This document shows, piece by piece, positions 26,633 through 35,385 of a stretch of 64,000 bases of DNA. The notes under the pieces are model-generated. The model was not told where the DNA came from, did not search any database, and saw only the letters and a list, made by a program, of their open reading frames with translations. Each line of letters opens with the position of its first letter. Position 1 is the first letter of the stretch. The stretch comes from Candidatus Spongiihabitans sp. GTDB lineage: Bacteria > Pseudomonadota > Gammaproteobacteria > Arenicellales > Poriferihabitantaceae. A program made the position numbers and the translations under genes. The stretch covers positions 1,622,845-1,686,844 of the forward strand of contig NZ_OZ252047.1 in NCBI RefSeq assembly GCF_965247905.1, written 5' to 3'.

Positions 26633-28171
26633 ATGATCCAGCTTTCTAAAATACTTCGCTATTGCATCCTGCTGTCTGCAATAACATTTGTGTTCGTGCC
26701 TACGGCAAGTTCAGAGGTTTTATCTGAAAATATGATGCAATCTGCTGTAATCGAAAACCCGAGTTCAACTAATACGAAACGGGCAATCGATAATGAACTC
26801 AGGAGTGAACTTCTGGAACTCAGGAGTGAACTTCTGGATAATCGAGCAGATACGATAACTTGGTGGCTGGAAGTTGCCCTTGTAATCATTGCTTTTTTCG
26901 CGATTGTTATTCCTGTCGTTAGTTTTTTCGCTGGTCTTTTCAGTTACAGAAAGTTTCAAGACTTCAAAAAAGAAGCAACAGAAATCTTAGAAGAAACCAA
27001 AAAAATCAAAGATGAAGTTGCCGTCCTCAAAGAAGGAGCAGAAGAGGACAGAAGAAAAATCGCAGAAGAGAGAAAAAATGCTGCTCAATACAATACGCAA
27101 GGAGGAGATGGGAAGGATGCACAAGAAATAAAAAACGCTCCCGAAGAATCTCCATTAGACAAAGATTCCACCAGAGATTTATTATCTCAACAAATCGAAA
27201 AATCCAAGGATACAATTGAACAACGAAAAGCTACAGCTAAGGCCGCGGAAGAGAGCAATCCTGAGGCTGCCGCAGACACTTGGTTTTCTGTCGGCTATCT
27301 TTTCCAACTAAAAAAGCCCACAGCCGCCGACCACTCAAATAATCAAAATGCGCTTGATGCCTATACTAATGCAATCCGTCTAAATCCCAATCATGTGGAA
27401 GTTTATTTCAATCGTGGCAATGTAAATGCCGATCTTGGCAAATATGAGAATGCTATAAGAGATTACACTGGGTTTATTGAAAGGCAACCTGCATCAGAAT
27501 CAGGAAATGCTCAAGGGAAGATAACTATGTCCCGTAACGCACATTTTAATAGAGGAAATGCTTGCGCAGAACTTCAGCCTCCTAATTACGGAGAAGCCAT
27601 TGTTAATTACAACATCGCCCTTGATCATGCAATCTACTCTACTATATCTGAGCGGGGTATGATTTACTACAATCAAGGAAATGCTAAATTTTCTATTGAA
27701 AATTATTCTGGTGCTGTCGAAGATTACGATAACGCTATTTCTTGTGGAACGTATCTTCGTGATAGTTGGTTCAATCGAGGTAATGCGGAAGCTAAACTGA
27801 TCAATCTTGAAGATGCATTGAAAAGTTATGATGAATCAATCAAGGTGGATGCTAATTATAGACCAGCATACTCCAACCGAGCAGTTGTAAAATTTGTCCT
27901 TGGGAGAGTTGATGAAAGTTTATCGGATATAAATCAATTGGCACAATCCGAGCCCAGCGGTGTTGGAGATAATGCAATACAGGTGGCGATTAACAATGGG
28001 CAGATTATTCAAGGTTCTCTCGGCAGGAAGAGGTTAAATAAAAAAACGGTGGATGTTTCGTTAGAGGTTATAGGTAATGTGGGAAACATTGGAATGTTTG
28101 GTGGAACTAACCTGCCGGGCGGAAAGGGCTTTGCTGGCTGGCCAGGTTTTTCGTTGACAGTTAAGATTTGA
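26633..28171 (+). CDS. membrane-anchored coiled-coil / TPR repeat protein
   Basis: signal-like N-terminus, TM helix WWLEVALVIIAFFAIVIPVVSFFAGLF, KE-rich coiled coil, then at least four TPR-like units (YFNRGNVNADLGKYENAIRDY, WFNRGNAEAKL...). Confidence 0.7.
   Translation: MIQLSKILRYCILLSAITFVFVPTASSEVLSENMMQSAVIENPSSTNTKRAIDNELRSELLELRSELLDNRADTITWWLEVALVIIAFFAIVIPVVSFFAGLFSYRKFQDFKKEATEILEETKKIKDEVAVLKEGAEEDRRKIAEERKNAAQYNTQGGDGKDAQEIKNAPEESPLDKDSTRDLLSQQIEKSKDTIEQRKATAKAAEESNPEAAADTWFSVGYLFQLKKPTAADHSNNQNALDAYTNAIRLNPNHVEVYFNRGNVNADLGKYENAIRDYTGFIERQPASESGNAQGKITMSRNAHFNRGNACAELQPPNYGEAIVNYNIALDHAIYSTISERGMIYYNQGNAKFSIENYSGAVEDYDNAISCGTYLRDSWFNRGNAEAKLINLEDALKSYDESIKVDANYRPAYSNRAVVKFVLGRVDESLSDINQLAQSEPSGVGDNAIQVAINNGQIIQGSLGRKRLNKKTVDVSLEVIGNVGNIGMFGGTNLPGGKGFAGWPGFSLTVKI
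26795..26836 (+). repeat. perfect in-frame 21-bp tandem duplication
   Basis: GAACTCAGGAGTGAACTTCTG x2, encoding ELRSELL ELRSELL. Confidence 0.9.
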
Positions 28172-28243
28172 ATAATTCAGGAACGGGTTTCAATGACGCT
28201 GGGCGGATTGGTTCAATGGCGTTGTCGGGCAGTGGTTAATTCC

Positions 28244-28309
28244 GGCGAGGCATTGGATGCGATTTGTGACTTTATCATCAAAGAAGGTATACTTGAGGCC
28301 TGGCCATGA
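28244..28309 (+). pseudogene. ureG: displaced 3' end of ureG (21 codons)
   Basis: translates GEALDAICDFIIKEGILEAWP*, compared with [18 protein letters not shown] at the end of the resident ureG; its TGA overlaps the ATG of the next gene (ATGA). Confidence 0.6.
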
Positions 28310-28683
28310 GTAAAAAAATCGCACCGCTGTTGCTGGCGTTTTTCAGCGCGCTCGCTACGCATAACATTCATGCCGACGACATCCAGCGCGTGCGTTTGTT
28401 CTTCGGTTTATCAACTCCCGATGACGTGGTCTCAGCGCACGACTGGGAGCAATTTTTGGAACGCGAAATAGCGACGACCTTCGCCGGTTTTAATGTGGTT
28501 GACTCGCTGGGATATTATCGCGGCAAACCGGAACGCGCCAAAGTGGTCACCGTGATTTTGCCGCAAAAAGAAATCGCCAAGGCGCGCGCCGTGGCAAAAG
28601 CCTACGCAAAAAAATTCAACCAAGAATCAGTCATGATAGTGGTCATTCCGGTTGCGGATTGGCAGTTTATCGGCGGCGATTAA
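28306..28683 (+). CDS. DUF3574-like secreted protein
   Basis: signal peptide; RVRLFFGLSTPDDVVSAHDWEQFLEREI resembles the DUF3574 core. Confidence 0.5.
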   Translation: MSKKIAPLLLAFFSALATHNIHADDIQRVRLFFGLSTPDDVVSAHDWEQFLEREIATTFAGFNVVDSLGYYRGKPERAKVVTVILPQKEIAKARAVAKAYAKKFNQESVMIVVIPVADWQFIGGD

Positions 28684-28699
28684 ATAAACCGGGGTCGCG

Positions 28700-30241
28700 A
28701 TGCCTGCTGTAAAAAAACCTGCTGTAAAAAAACCTGCTGTAAAAAAAGTCGGGTTGATTGGCGGCGGGGTGATTGGTTCGGGCTGGGCCGCGCGCTTGCT
28801 GATCAACGGCATCAATGTGCATCTTTACGACCCGGCAATTAACGCGCAGCGAATCGACGCGGTGCTCGACAACGCGTTGCGCGCTTATCGCAAAATGACC
28901 TTGGCGCCGATTGTGGCGCGCGGCGCGCTCACGTTGGTCGATTCGGTGCAGCAAGCGGTGGTCGGGATGGATTTTATTCAGGAAAGCGGGCCCGAGCGCA
29001 TTGATGTCAAAAACGCGTTGATGCGCGAGATTGGCGACCACGCCGATGCCGAGGTCATCATCGCTTCATCATCTTCCGGCTTGTTGCCGAGCGCGATGCA
29101 GGAAGGTGTGAATCATCCGCAAAGAGTGATCGTTGGCCATCCGTTTAATCCGGTGTACTTGATGCCACTAGTGGAAATAGTCGGCGGCCGCCAAACCACG
29201 GATCAAGTCAAGCAGGCAGCCGCTGAATTCTATCAAAATATCGGCATGCACCCGCTGATTGTAAAGCGGGAAATCGAGGCGTTTTTGGCCGACCGGATGA
29301 TGGAAGCGTTATGGCGCGAAGCATTGCACTTGCTCAATGAAGGCGTCGCCACGGTAACTGAACTCGATCAGGCGATTTGTTATGGGGCCGGCATTCGCTG
29401 GGCTTTCATGGGCCCGTTTGAGACCTTTCGGATCGCCGGCGGGGACGGGGGCATGCGGCATTTTATGGCGCAATTTGGACCCAGTTTGAAATGGCCGTGG
29501 ACGCGGTTTGATGGCCCCGAGCTGACCGACCAACTACTCGATACCCTCGTCGCGCAATCCGATGATCAAGCGGCCGGCCGCTCTATACTTGAACTTGAAC
29601 GCAAGCGCGATGACTGCATCGTCTCCGTGCTGCAAGCGTTGCGCGCGAATGACTACGCTGCGGGCAAGACGCTGAATCGTTATGAAGAAAAATTATACGA
29701 AGCCGCTCATCAAGCAGTGATGTCCGAGTCGGATGTCGGAGTCCATGACGTGCGGCAACCGTTAAAACTGCATACTGACTCGGTGCAGCCTGAATGGACT
29801 GATTACAACAATCACATGACCGAGAGTCGCTACCTGCAGGTTTTTGGCGATGCCTCGGACGCGCTGTTTCGATACCTCGGCGTCAATCAGGATTATCATG
29901 CGCAAGGGTTTAGTTACTATACCGCGGAAACCCATATTAATTATATCCGTGAAGTCGCCGCGGGCCAGCTGCTATACGTGACCACGCAAATTCTTGGCGG
30001 CGACTCAAAACGTTTGCACATTTTTCATTCCATGCACCTGAATGAAAACCTGAACGAAAACCTGAGCGAAGACGACACGCTATTGGCCACCACCGAACAA
30101 ATGCTGCTGCATGTCAACACGAACCAAGGGCGGGTTTGCCCGGCGCAAGCCGATGTCGCCGAGCGCGTAGCAAAACTTGTCGCCGCCCAAGCGGCGTTGC
30201 GCCGACCGCGCCAAGCCGGCCGCTCGATTGGACGAAAATAA
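28700..30241 (+). CDS. lcdH: L-carnitine dehydrogenase (3-hydroxyacyl-CoA dehydrogenase fold) fused to a hotdog thioesterase domain
   Basis: GLIGGGVIGSGWAARLL NAD fold, HPFNPVYLMPLVE, WAFMGPFETFRIAGG as in carnitine dehydrogenases; C-terminal 4HBT-like YTAETHINYIREV. Confidence 0.7.
   Translation: MPAVKKPAVKKPAVKKVGLIGGGVIGSGWAARLLINGINVHLYDPAINAQRIDAVLDNALRAYRKMTLAPIVARGALTLVDSVQQAVVGMDFIQESGPERIDVKNALMREIGDHADAEVIIASSSSGLLPSAMQEGVNHPQRVIVGHPFNPVYLMPLVEIVGGRQTTDQVKQAAAEFYQNIGMHPLIVKREIEAFLADRMMEALWREALHLLNEGVATVTELDQAICYGAGIRWAFMGPFETFRIAGGDGGMRHFMAQFGPSLKWPWTRFDGPELTDQLLDTLVAQSDDQAAGRSILELERKRDDCIVSVLQALRANDYAAGKTLNRYEEKLYEAAHQAVMSESDVGVHDVRQPLKLHTDSVQPEWTDYNNHMTESRYLQVFGDASDALFRYLGVNQDYHAQGFSYYTAETHINYIREVAAGQLLYVTTQILGGDSKRLHIFHSMHLNENLNENLSEDDTLLATTEQMLLHVNTNQGRVCPAQADVAERVAKLVAAQAALRRPRQAGRSIGRK
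28703..28747 (+). repeat. perfect in-frame 15-bp tandem repeat x3 at the 5' end of the carnitine dehydrogenase gene
   Basis: CCTGCTGTAAAAAAA x3 encoding PAVKK PAVKK PAVKK. Confidence 0.9.
30038..30073 (+). repeat. in-frame 12-bp tandem repeat x3
   Basis: CTGAATGAAAAC CTGAACGAAAAC CTGAGCGAAGAC encoding LNEN LNEN LSED. Confidence 0.8.
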
Positions 30242-30294
30242 TCATGACCATAACCATAACCGCGCAGTGAATCTTTTGTCATGAAATTCTTGCC

Positions 30295-31137
30295 ATGAAA
30301 TCCTTACATGATAAATCGGTTTTAGTCACGGCCGGCGCGGGCGGTATCGGCAGATATATCGTCGCATCATTTGTCAATGCGGGCGCGTGCGTGCACATTG
30401 TGGATGTCGACAAAAGCGCCTTGGTGACTTTAAAATCGGATTTGGCAAGCTCGGACTTTCCTGAGGCGCTGGTCACACAAGCGGATGTCTCCAAAGAGGA
30501 TCAAGTCGAGCGAATTTTTTCCAGGCATTTTGAACAATTTGACGGCATTGAGGTGTTGGTAAATTGTGCAGGCAGCGCGGGCCCCACGGCACTGGCCGAG
30601 CAGGTGTCGCTTGCCGATTGGCGGGAATGTTTTGCGGTCAACCTCGATGCCACCTTTATGTGCTCACGAAAAGCCATCCCGGCAATGAAACAAAAACGCG
30701 CGGGACGCATCATCAACATCTCGTCCACCGCTGGCTGGCATGGCTATCCGTTGCGCGCCGCCTATTGCGCGGCGAAGTGGGCGGTCATCGGCTTGACCAA
30801 ATCCTTGTCTATGGAGTTGGGACAATACGGCATTACCGCAAACGTCATTTGCCCGGGTAGTGTGGATGGTGAGCGCATGGATCGGGTGATTGCGGCGGAA
30901 GCCAAGGAAAAAGAAATTTCCGAACAGGAAGTGCGAAGAAACTATACTAGAAGCTGTTCAATGCGAACGTTCATATCGGGCCAGGATATCGCCGACATGG
31001 CGCTTTTTCTGGCTTCCGAAAATGCCGCGAAAGTCACCGGGCAAATTATGAATGTGGACGGGCATCTGGAACATTATGGCGGGTTGGACGACATGACCAT
31101 TGACGACATGACGGTAGCGCGAGGTGAAGCAAGATGA
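30295..31137 (+). CDS. short-chain dehydrogenase/reductase
   Basis: VTAGAGGIGRYI, NISSTAG, YCAAKWAV (YxxxK). Confidence 0.85.
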   Translation: MKSLHDKSVLVTAGAGGIGRYIVASFVNAGACVHIVDVDKSALVTLKSDLASSDFPEALVTQADVSKEDQVERIFSRHFEQFDGIEVLVNCAGSAGPTALAEQVSLADWRECFAVNLDATFMCSRKAIPAMKQKRAGRIINISSTAGWHGYPLRAAYCAAKWAVIGLTKSLSMELGQYGITANVICPGSVDGERMDRVIAAEAKEKEISEQEVRRNYTRSCSMRTFISGQDIADMALFLASENAAKVTGQIMNVDGHLEHYGGLDDMTIDDMTVARGEAR

Positions 31138-32324
31138 ATTTTGACCACACCGAAGAACAGTTGCGGTTAATCGAAACCGCCAAGCGTTTTGTCGAGGAAG
31201 AACTCTATCCTTACGAACAAGAAGTTGAGAAAACCGGCGAAGTCCGGGCAGAATTGAGACAGCAAATTATTGATCGATCGCTTGCGATTGGGCTTTACGC
31301 TGCCAATATGCCCGAAGATTTGGGCGGCGGCGGTCTCGATGCGCTTTCGATGTGTATGCTTGATCGTGAGTTGGGCCGGGCGAACATGGCCTTGCAATAT
31401 ACCGTTGGCCGGCCGAGTAATATATTACAGGCCTGTGTTGGCGAACAACGGGAGAAATACCTTTTTCCATGCATCAAGGGCGAGAAAATAGATTGCCTGG
31501 CGATGACCGAACCCGGGGCCGGGTCTGATTTGCGGTCGATGTCCTGTAAAGCGGAACGGGATGGAGATGATTTTGTAGTTAATGGCACGAAGCATTTTAT
31601 CAGTCACGCCGAGGTCGCCGATTTCGTGATTTTATTTGCCGCTACCGGTGTTGAGGAGACGCAGCTCGATTCGCGCAGAGGAACGCGCAAAACAATCACC
31701 GCCTTTTTGGTGGACATGGACAGCCCGGGATTTCATGTGCGACATGGATACGACAGCGTCTCGCATCGCGGCTATCACAACTGCATTCTGGAATTTGATC
31801 ATTGTCGGCTGCCGACGCGTCAAGTTTTGGGCGAGGTCGACCAAGGCTTCGCCATCGCCAATGACTGGCTCGGCAACACCCGCCTGCAAGTGGCGGCGAT
31901 TTGCCTGGGGCGTTGCGACCGCGCCTTTGAACTGGCGTGCGAATATGCGGCCACGCGCAAGCAGTTCAATCAAACCATCGGCAAGTTTCAGGGCGTCGGC
32001 TTCAAACTGGCAGACATGGAAATGCGCCGCCGCGCGGCCGAGTTGATCACCTACCAGGCTGCGGCAAAGGCAAATGCCAATTCAAATACAAATGCGGCGA
32101 TGAGCGACATGGATGCGGCGTTGGCAAAGTTGTCGGCGACCGAAGCCTTGGCGTTCATCGCCGATGAGGCGATCCAGATTTATGGCGGCATGGGCTTGAT
32201 GTCCGACTTGCCGCTGGAGCGCATCTGGCGCGATGCCCGAGTTGAACGGATTTGGGAAGGCACCAGCGAGATTCAACGATTAATCATTTCCCGGTCACTG
32301 TTGCGGCCGCTGGAAAACAAATAA
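31134..32324 (+). CDS. acyl-CoA dehydrogenase
   Basis: ACAD signatures (CLAMTEPGAGSD, IYGGMGLM, EGTSEIQRLIISR); ATGA overlap with the SDR gene. Confidence 0.9.
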   Translation: MNFDHTEEQLRLIETAKRFVEEELYPYEQEVEKTGEVRAELRQQIIDRSLAIGLYAANMPEDLGGGGLDALSMCMLDRELGRANMALQYTVGRPSNILQACVGEQREKYLFPCIKGEKIDCLAMTEPGAGSDLRSMSCKAERDGDDFVVNGTKHFISHAEVADFVILFAATGVEETQLDSRRGTRKTITAFLVDMDSPGFHVRHGYDSVSHRGYHNCILEFDHCRLPTRQVLGEVDQGFAIANDWLGNTRLQVAAICLGRCDRAFELACEYAATRKQFNQTIGKFQGVGFKLADMEMRRRAAELITYQAAAKANANSNTNAAMSDMDAALAKLSATEALAFIADEAIQIYGGMGLMSDLPLERIWRDARVERIWEGTSEIQRLIISRSLLRPLENK

Positions 32325-32335
32325 GGACGCCGCGC

Positions 32336-34456
32336 ATGACGGTCGACGCGCAACGCGTGGCGCGTTGTCTTAACCCTAAATCCATCGCCGTGGTCGGTGG
32401 AAAAGAAGCCGATCGAGTAGTCGAACAGTGCCTGAAATTTGGTTTTGCAGGGGATATCTGGCCGATTAATCGCAAGCGCAAGACGATGCAAGGCTTGCCT
32501 TGTTTCAATTCCCTGGCGCAGCTGCTCGACGAGGTTCCGGCCGCGCCGGATGCGACTTTTGTGGCAATCCCCGCGGCCGACGCGATCGACATCATCGCGC
32601 AACTGAACCACGCCGGCGCCGGCGGCGCGATTTGTTACTCGTCCGGATTTCGGGAAGTCGGCGCCGACGGCGTTGCGCGACATCGTCAACTGTTGCACGC
32701 CGCGGCCGACATGCCGGTGTTCGGCCCCAACTGCCTCGGTTATATCAACACCTTGTCGGGCGCGGCATTATGGCCCGAGCAACACGGCTTGACGCGCAGC
32801 GAATCCGGCGTGGCGATTTTTTCATGCAGCGGCAACGTCAGTATCAACTTCACCCTGCAGCAACGCGGCTTGCCGGTGGCCTGGTTGGTGACGGTCGGCA
32901 ATCAAGCGGTGCTGGGCATTGAAGAGTGCATCGCCGCGGCCCTGGACGCAAACATGAACGCAAACATGAACAGCGGCAAAATTACCGCCATTGGCATCCA
33001 TATCGAGGGCTTGAACAACTTGCCGTTGTTTGTGGAACTGGCGCATCGGGCGCATGCAAAACGCATTCCGATCATCGCATTGAAAACCGGCAAGTCGGAC
33101 CTTGGCGCGAGAATCACGCTGAGCCATACAGCCACCCTGGCCGGGGAAAGCGAGCTTTATACCGCCTTGTTTGAACGCCTGGGAATAGGGCAGGTAGAGA
33201 CTATAGAAGAGTTTTTGGAGGCGTTGAAACTGGTCGCGGTGACCGGGCCGCTGACGGGCAACCGCCTGTCCTCAATGAGCTGCTCAGGCGGCGAGGCGGC
33301 GTTGATTGCCGACTTATCAGTCGCTAGAGAGATTCACTTTCCGAAAGTCGAACCCGACCATAAGAAAAAGTTGCAGGCCACGCTGAATGAATATGTCAAC
33401 GTCGATAATCCCCTGGATTACCACACCTTTATATGGGGCGATCAGGAGCGGTCGACAGCAACATTTTCGGCAATGATGGACGGCAAATATGATTTAAATC
33501 TACTGATTATCGATATTCCGCAGGTCACGGGTGGTGATGCCGAGGAGTGGGAACACGCCATACAGGCGTTTATCGACGCGCGCGCGCATAGCGGCGGCGC
33601 GGCGGCGACGGTGTCTATTATGTCGGAAACCATGACCGATTCGGTGCGGGAAAAATTGATCGAAAACGGCATCACGCCGCTGCAAGGCATGCAGCAAGCG
33701 TTGGCCGCCATTGAAGCGGCGTGCCGCATCGGCATGACCTGGAACATGATCCGAGACGGACGGCGCTTGCCGCCGAAAATTCAAGTCAGCACAACGGCGG
33801 TTGAAGCGCATCAGGTTTATGGGCTGGATGAATATCAAGCCAAGCAGTTGCTAAAGCAAGCCGGCGTAGCGGTGCCCGCATCATCGCTGGTGTCCAGCCA
33901 AGCCGAGGCGGCTCGGGCGGCGGCAAAAATCGGTTATCCGCTCGCGCTCAAAGCGGTGGCTGCGGAAATGACGCATAAATCAGAATTGAATGCTGTCGTG
34001 GTCGGCATCGCCTCAGTGCAACAACTTGAACAAGAGGTCGAGCGATTACTGAACATTTCAGAATCATTGCTGGTCGAGGAAATGGTGGAAGACGCGGTCG
34101 CGGAATTATTGCTCGGCGTAAGCCACGACCCGCAATTTGGCCACTATCTGGTAGTCGGGTTTGGTGGCACCATGGTTGAGTTGATCGGCGATAGTGAAAT
34201 TTTGTTGTTGCCGATTTGTCGGGATGAGGTTATCCGCGCGTTGAAAAAATTAAAAACCTGGCCGTTGCTGAATAGCTTTCGCGGCCGGCCGCTGGCCGAT
34301 GTCGATAAAGTGGTCGACACCGCGCTTGCCATCGCTAATCTTGTGCAACAAAGGAAAGATGACATTGTGGAACTGGAGATAAATCCGCTGATGGTCAAAG
34401 GCAGGCGCCAAGGCGTGGTCGCCGCCGATGCGCTGGTTCGCATGCGCAAGTTGTGA
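32336..34456 (+). CDS. ADP-forming (NDP-forming) acyl-CoA synthetase, CoA-binding + ATP-grasp fusion
   Basis: NPKSIAVVGG and GPNCLGYIN CoA-ligase motifs plus a C-terminal ATP-grasp; start at ATG 32336 (MTVDAQR), just after the ACAD stop. Confidence 0.8.
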   Translation: MTVDAQRVARCLNPKSIAVVGGKEADRVVEQCLKFGFAGDIWPINRKRKTMQGLPCFNSLAQLLDEVPAAPDATFVAIPAADAIDIIAQLNHAGAGGAICYSSGFREVGADGVARHRQLLHAAADMPVFGPNCLGYINTLSGAALWPEQHGLTRSESGVAIFSCSGNVSINFTLQQRGLPVAWLVTVGNQAVLGIEECIAAALDANMNANMNSGKITAIGIHIEGLNNLPLFVELAHRAHAKRIPIIALKTGKSDLGARITLSHTATLAGESELYTALFERLGIGQVETIEEFLEALKLVAVTGPLTGNRLSSMSCSGGEAALIADLSVAREIHFPKVEPDHKKKLQATLNEYVNVDNPLDYHTFIWGDQERSTATFSAMMDGKYDLNLLIIDIPQVTGGDAEEWEHAIQAFIDARAHSGGAAATVSIMSETMTDSVREKLIENGITPLQGMQQALAAIEAACRIGMTWNMIRDGRRLPPKIQVSTTAVEAHQVYGLDEYQAKQLLKQAGVAVPASSLVSSQAEAARAAAKIGYPLALKAVAAEMTHKSELNAVVVGIASVQQLEQEVERLLNISESLLVEEMVEDAVAELLLGVSHDPQFGHYLVVGFGGTMVELIGDSEILLLPICRDEVIRALKKLKTWPLLNSFRGRPLADVDKVVDTALAIANLVQQRKDDIVELEINPLMVKGRRQGVVAADALVRMRKL
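32948..32971 (+). repeat. perfect in-frame 12-bp tandem repeat x2
   Basis: GCAAACATGAAC x2 encoding ANMN ANMN. Confidence 0.85.
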
Positions 34457-34548
34457 TGAATTTCATCTTGCCGCGATAGCCGTCGGCATACTCATTTTTG
34501 ATAGTGCTACAATCAATCATCTCTGAACCTAACTACGAGGCGACAATT

Positions 34549-35331
34549 ATGTCCGAAGCGGTAAAAACAAATATTCGCGGCGCGGTGCTGGAAGTGGTGC
34601 TGGACCGGCCGAAAGCCAACGCCATCGACAGCGCGACCAGCCGCGAGATGGGCGCAGTGTTCGCGGGGTTTCGTGATAATCCCGAATTACGTGTAGCCAT
34701 TATTACCGGCGCCGGGGAAAAGTTTTTTTGTGCTGGCTGGGATTTGAAGGCGGCGGCGGAAGGCGAGGGCGTAACGGCTGATTTTGGCGCCGGCGGTTTT
34801 GGCGGGTTGCAGGAATTGCCGGACTTGAACAAGCCGATTATCGCCGCGGTCAACGGCATCGCCTGCGGCGGTGGATTCGAGTTGATGATATCCGCCGATA
34901 TTATTATCGCCGCCGAGCATGCGTCATTCGCCTTGCCGGAAATTAACGCCGGCACTTTGGCCGACGCGGCCGCCATCAAGCTGCCCAAACGGCTGCCGCA
35001 CCATATCGCTATGGAGATGTTGTTGACCGGTCGTTGGATGGATGCCGAAGAAGCGGCTAAATGGGGCTTGGTGAATGAAATTGTCGCGGCCGATGCGCTA
35101 ATGGATAGGGCCGGCGAATTGGCGCAGACGCTTGCCCAAGGCCCGCCACTGGTTTTTGCGGCGATCAAGGAGACCGTTCGCGCAACCGAGACACTGTCAT
35201 TTCAGGAATCCATCGATTTGGTTAATGCGCAGACGCTTAAAACCGTGAACGAGTTGTATAACAGTGAAGATATGCATGAAGGTGCGTTAGCGTTTGTGGA
35301 AAAGCGCAAACCGGTATGGACCGGCAAGTAG
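34549..35331 (+). CDS. caiD: carnitinyl-CoA dehydratase-like enoyl-CoA hydratase
   Basis: LDRPKANAIDSATSREMG...RVAIITGAGEKFFCAGWDLKAAAEGE closely parallels E. coli CaiD as recalled; start at ATG 34549 (MSEAVK). Confidence 0.7.
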   Translation: MSEAVKTNIRGAVLEVVLDRPKANAIDSATSREMGAVFAGFRDNPELRVAIITGAGEKFFCAGWDLKAAAEGEGVTADFGAGGFGGLQELPDLNKPIIAAVNGIACGGGFELMISADIIIAAEHASFALPEINAGTLADAAAIKLPKRLPHHIAMEMLLTGRWMDAEEAAKWGLVNEIVAADALMDRAGELAQTLAQGPPLVFAAIKETVRATETLSFQESIDLVNAQTLKTVNELYNSEDMHEGALAFVEKRKPVWTGK

Positions 35332-35385
35332 GTCTTGCTCGCCACCACCACGGTGTAAAATAAGAATACGCGGTTTATTCTTATT

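Larger units (their letters stand above)
20029..28243. other. accessory (defence-type) island 1 inserted in the 3' end of ureG
   Basis: flanked by two versions of the ureG C-terminal coding segment (19972-20028 and 28244-28309); heterogeneous, partly AT-rich content; no integrase seen. Confidence 0.5.

Noticed and set aside
20029-28243. Calling the islands mobile elements (prophage, ICE, transposon), and looking for retrons
   Set aside because: No integrase, transposase, recombinase, reverse transcriptase, phage structural or conjugation gene, and no terminal inverted repeats, were found in any of the three islands. Only repeat scars are present, so they are reported as 'other' rather than 'mobile_element'.
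28172-28243. Extension of the ureG remnant upstream of 28244
   Set aside because: None of the three frames of 28172-28243 resembles the UreG segment expected there (RMRGERPFVF...). Only the last 21 codons are convincingly UreG-like.
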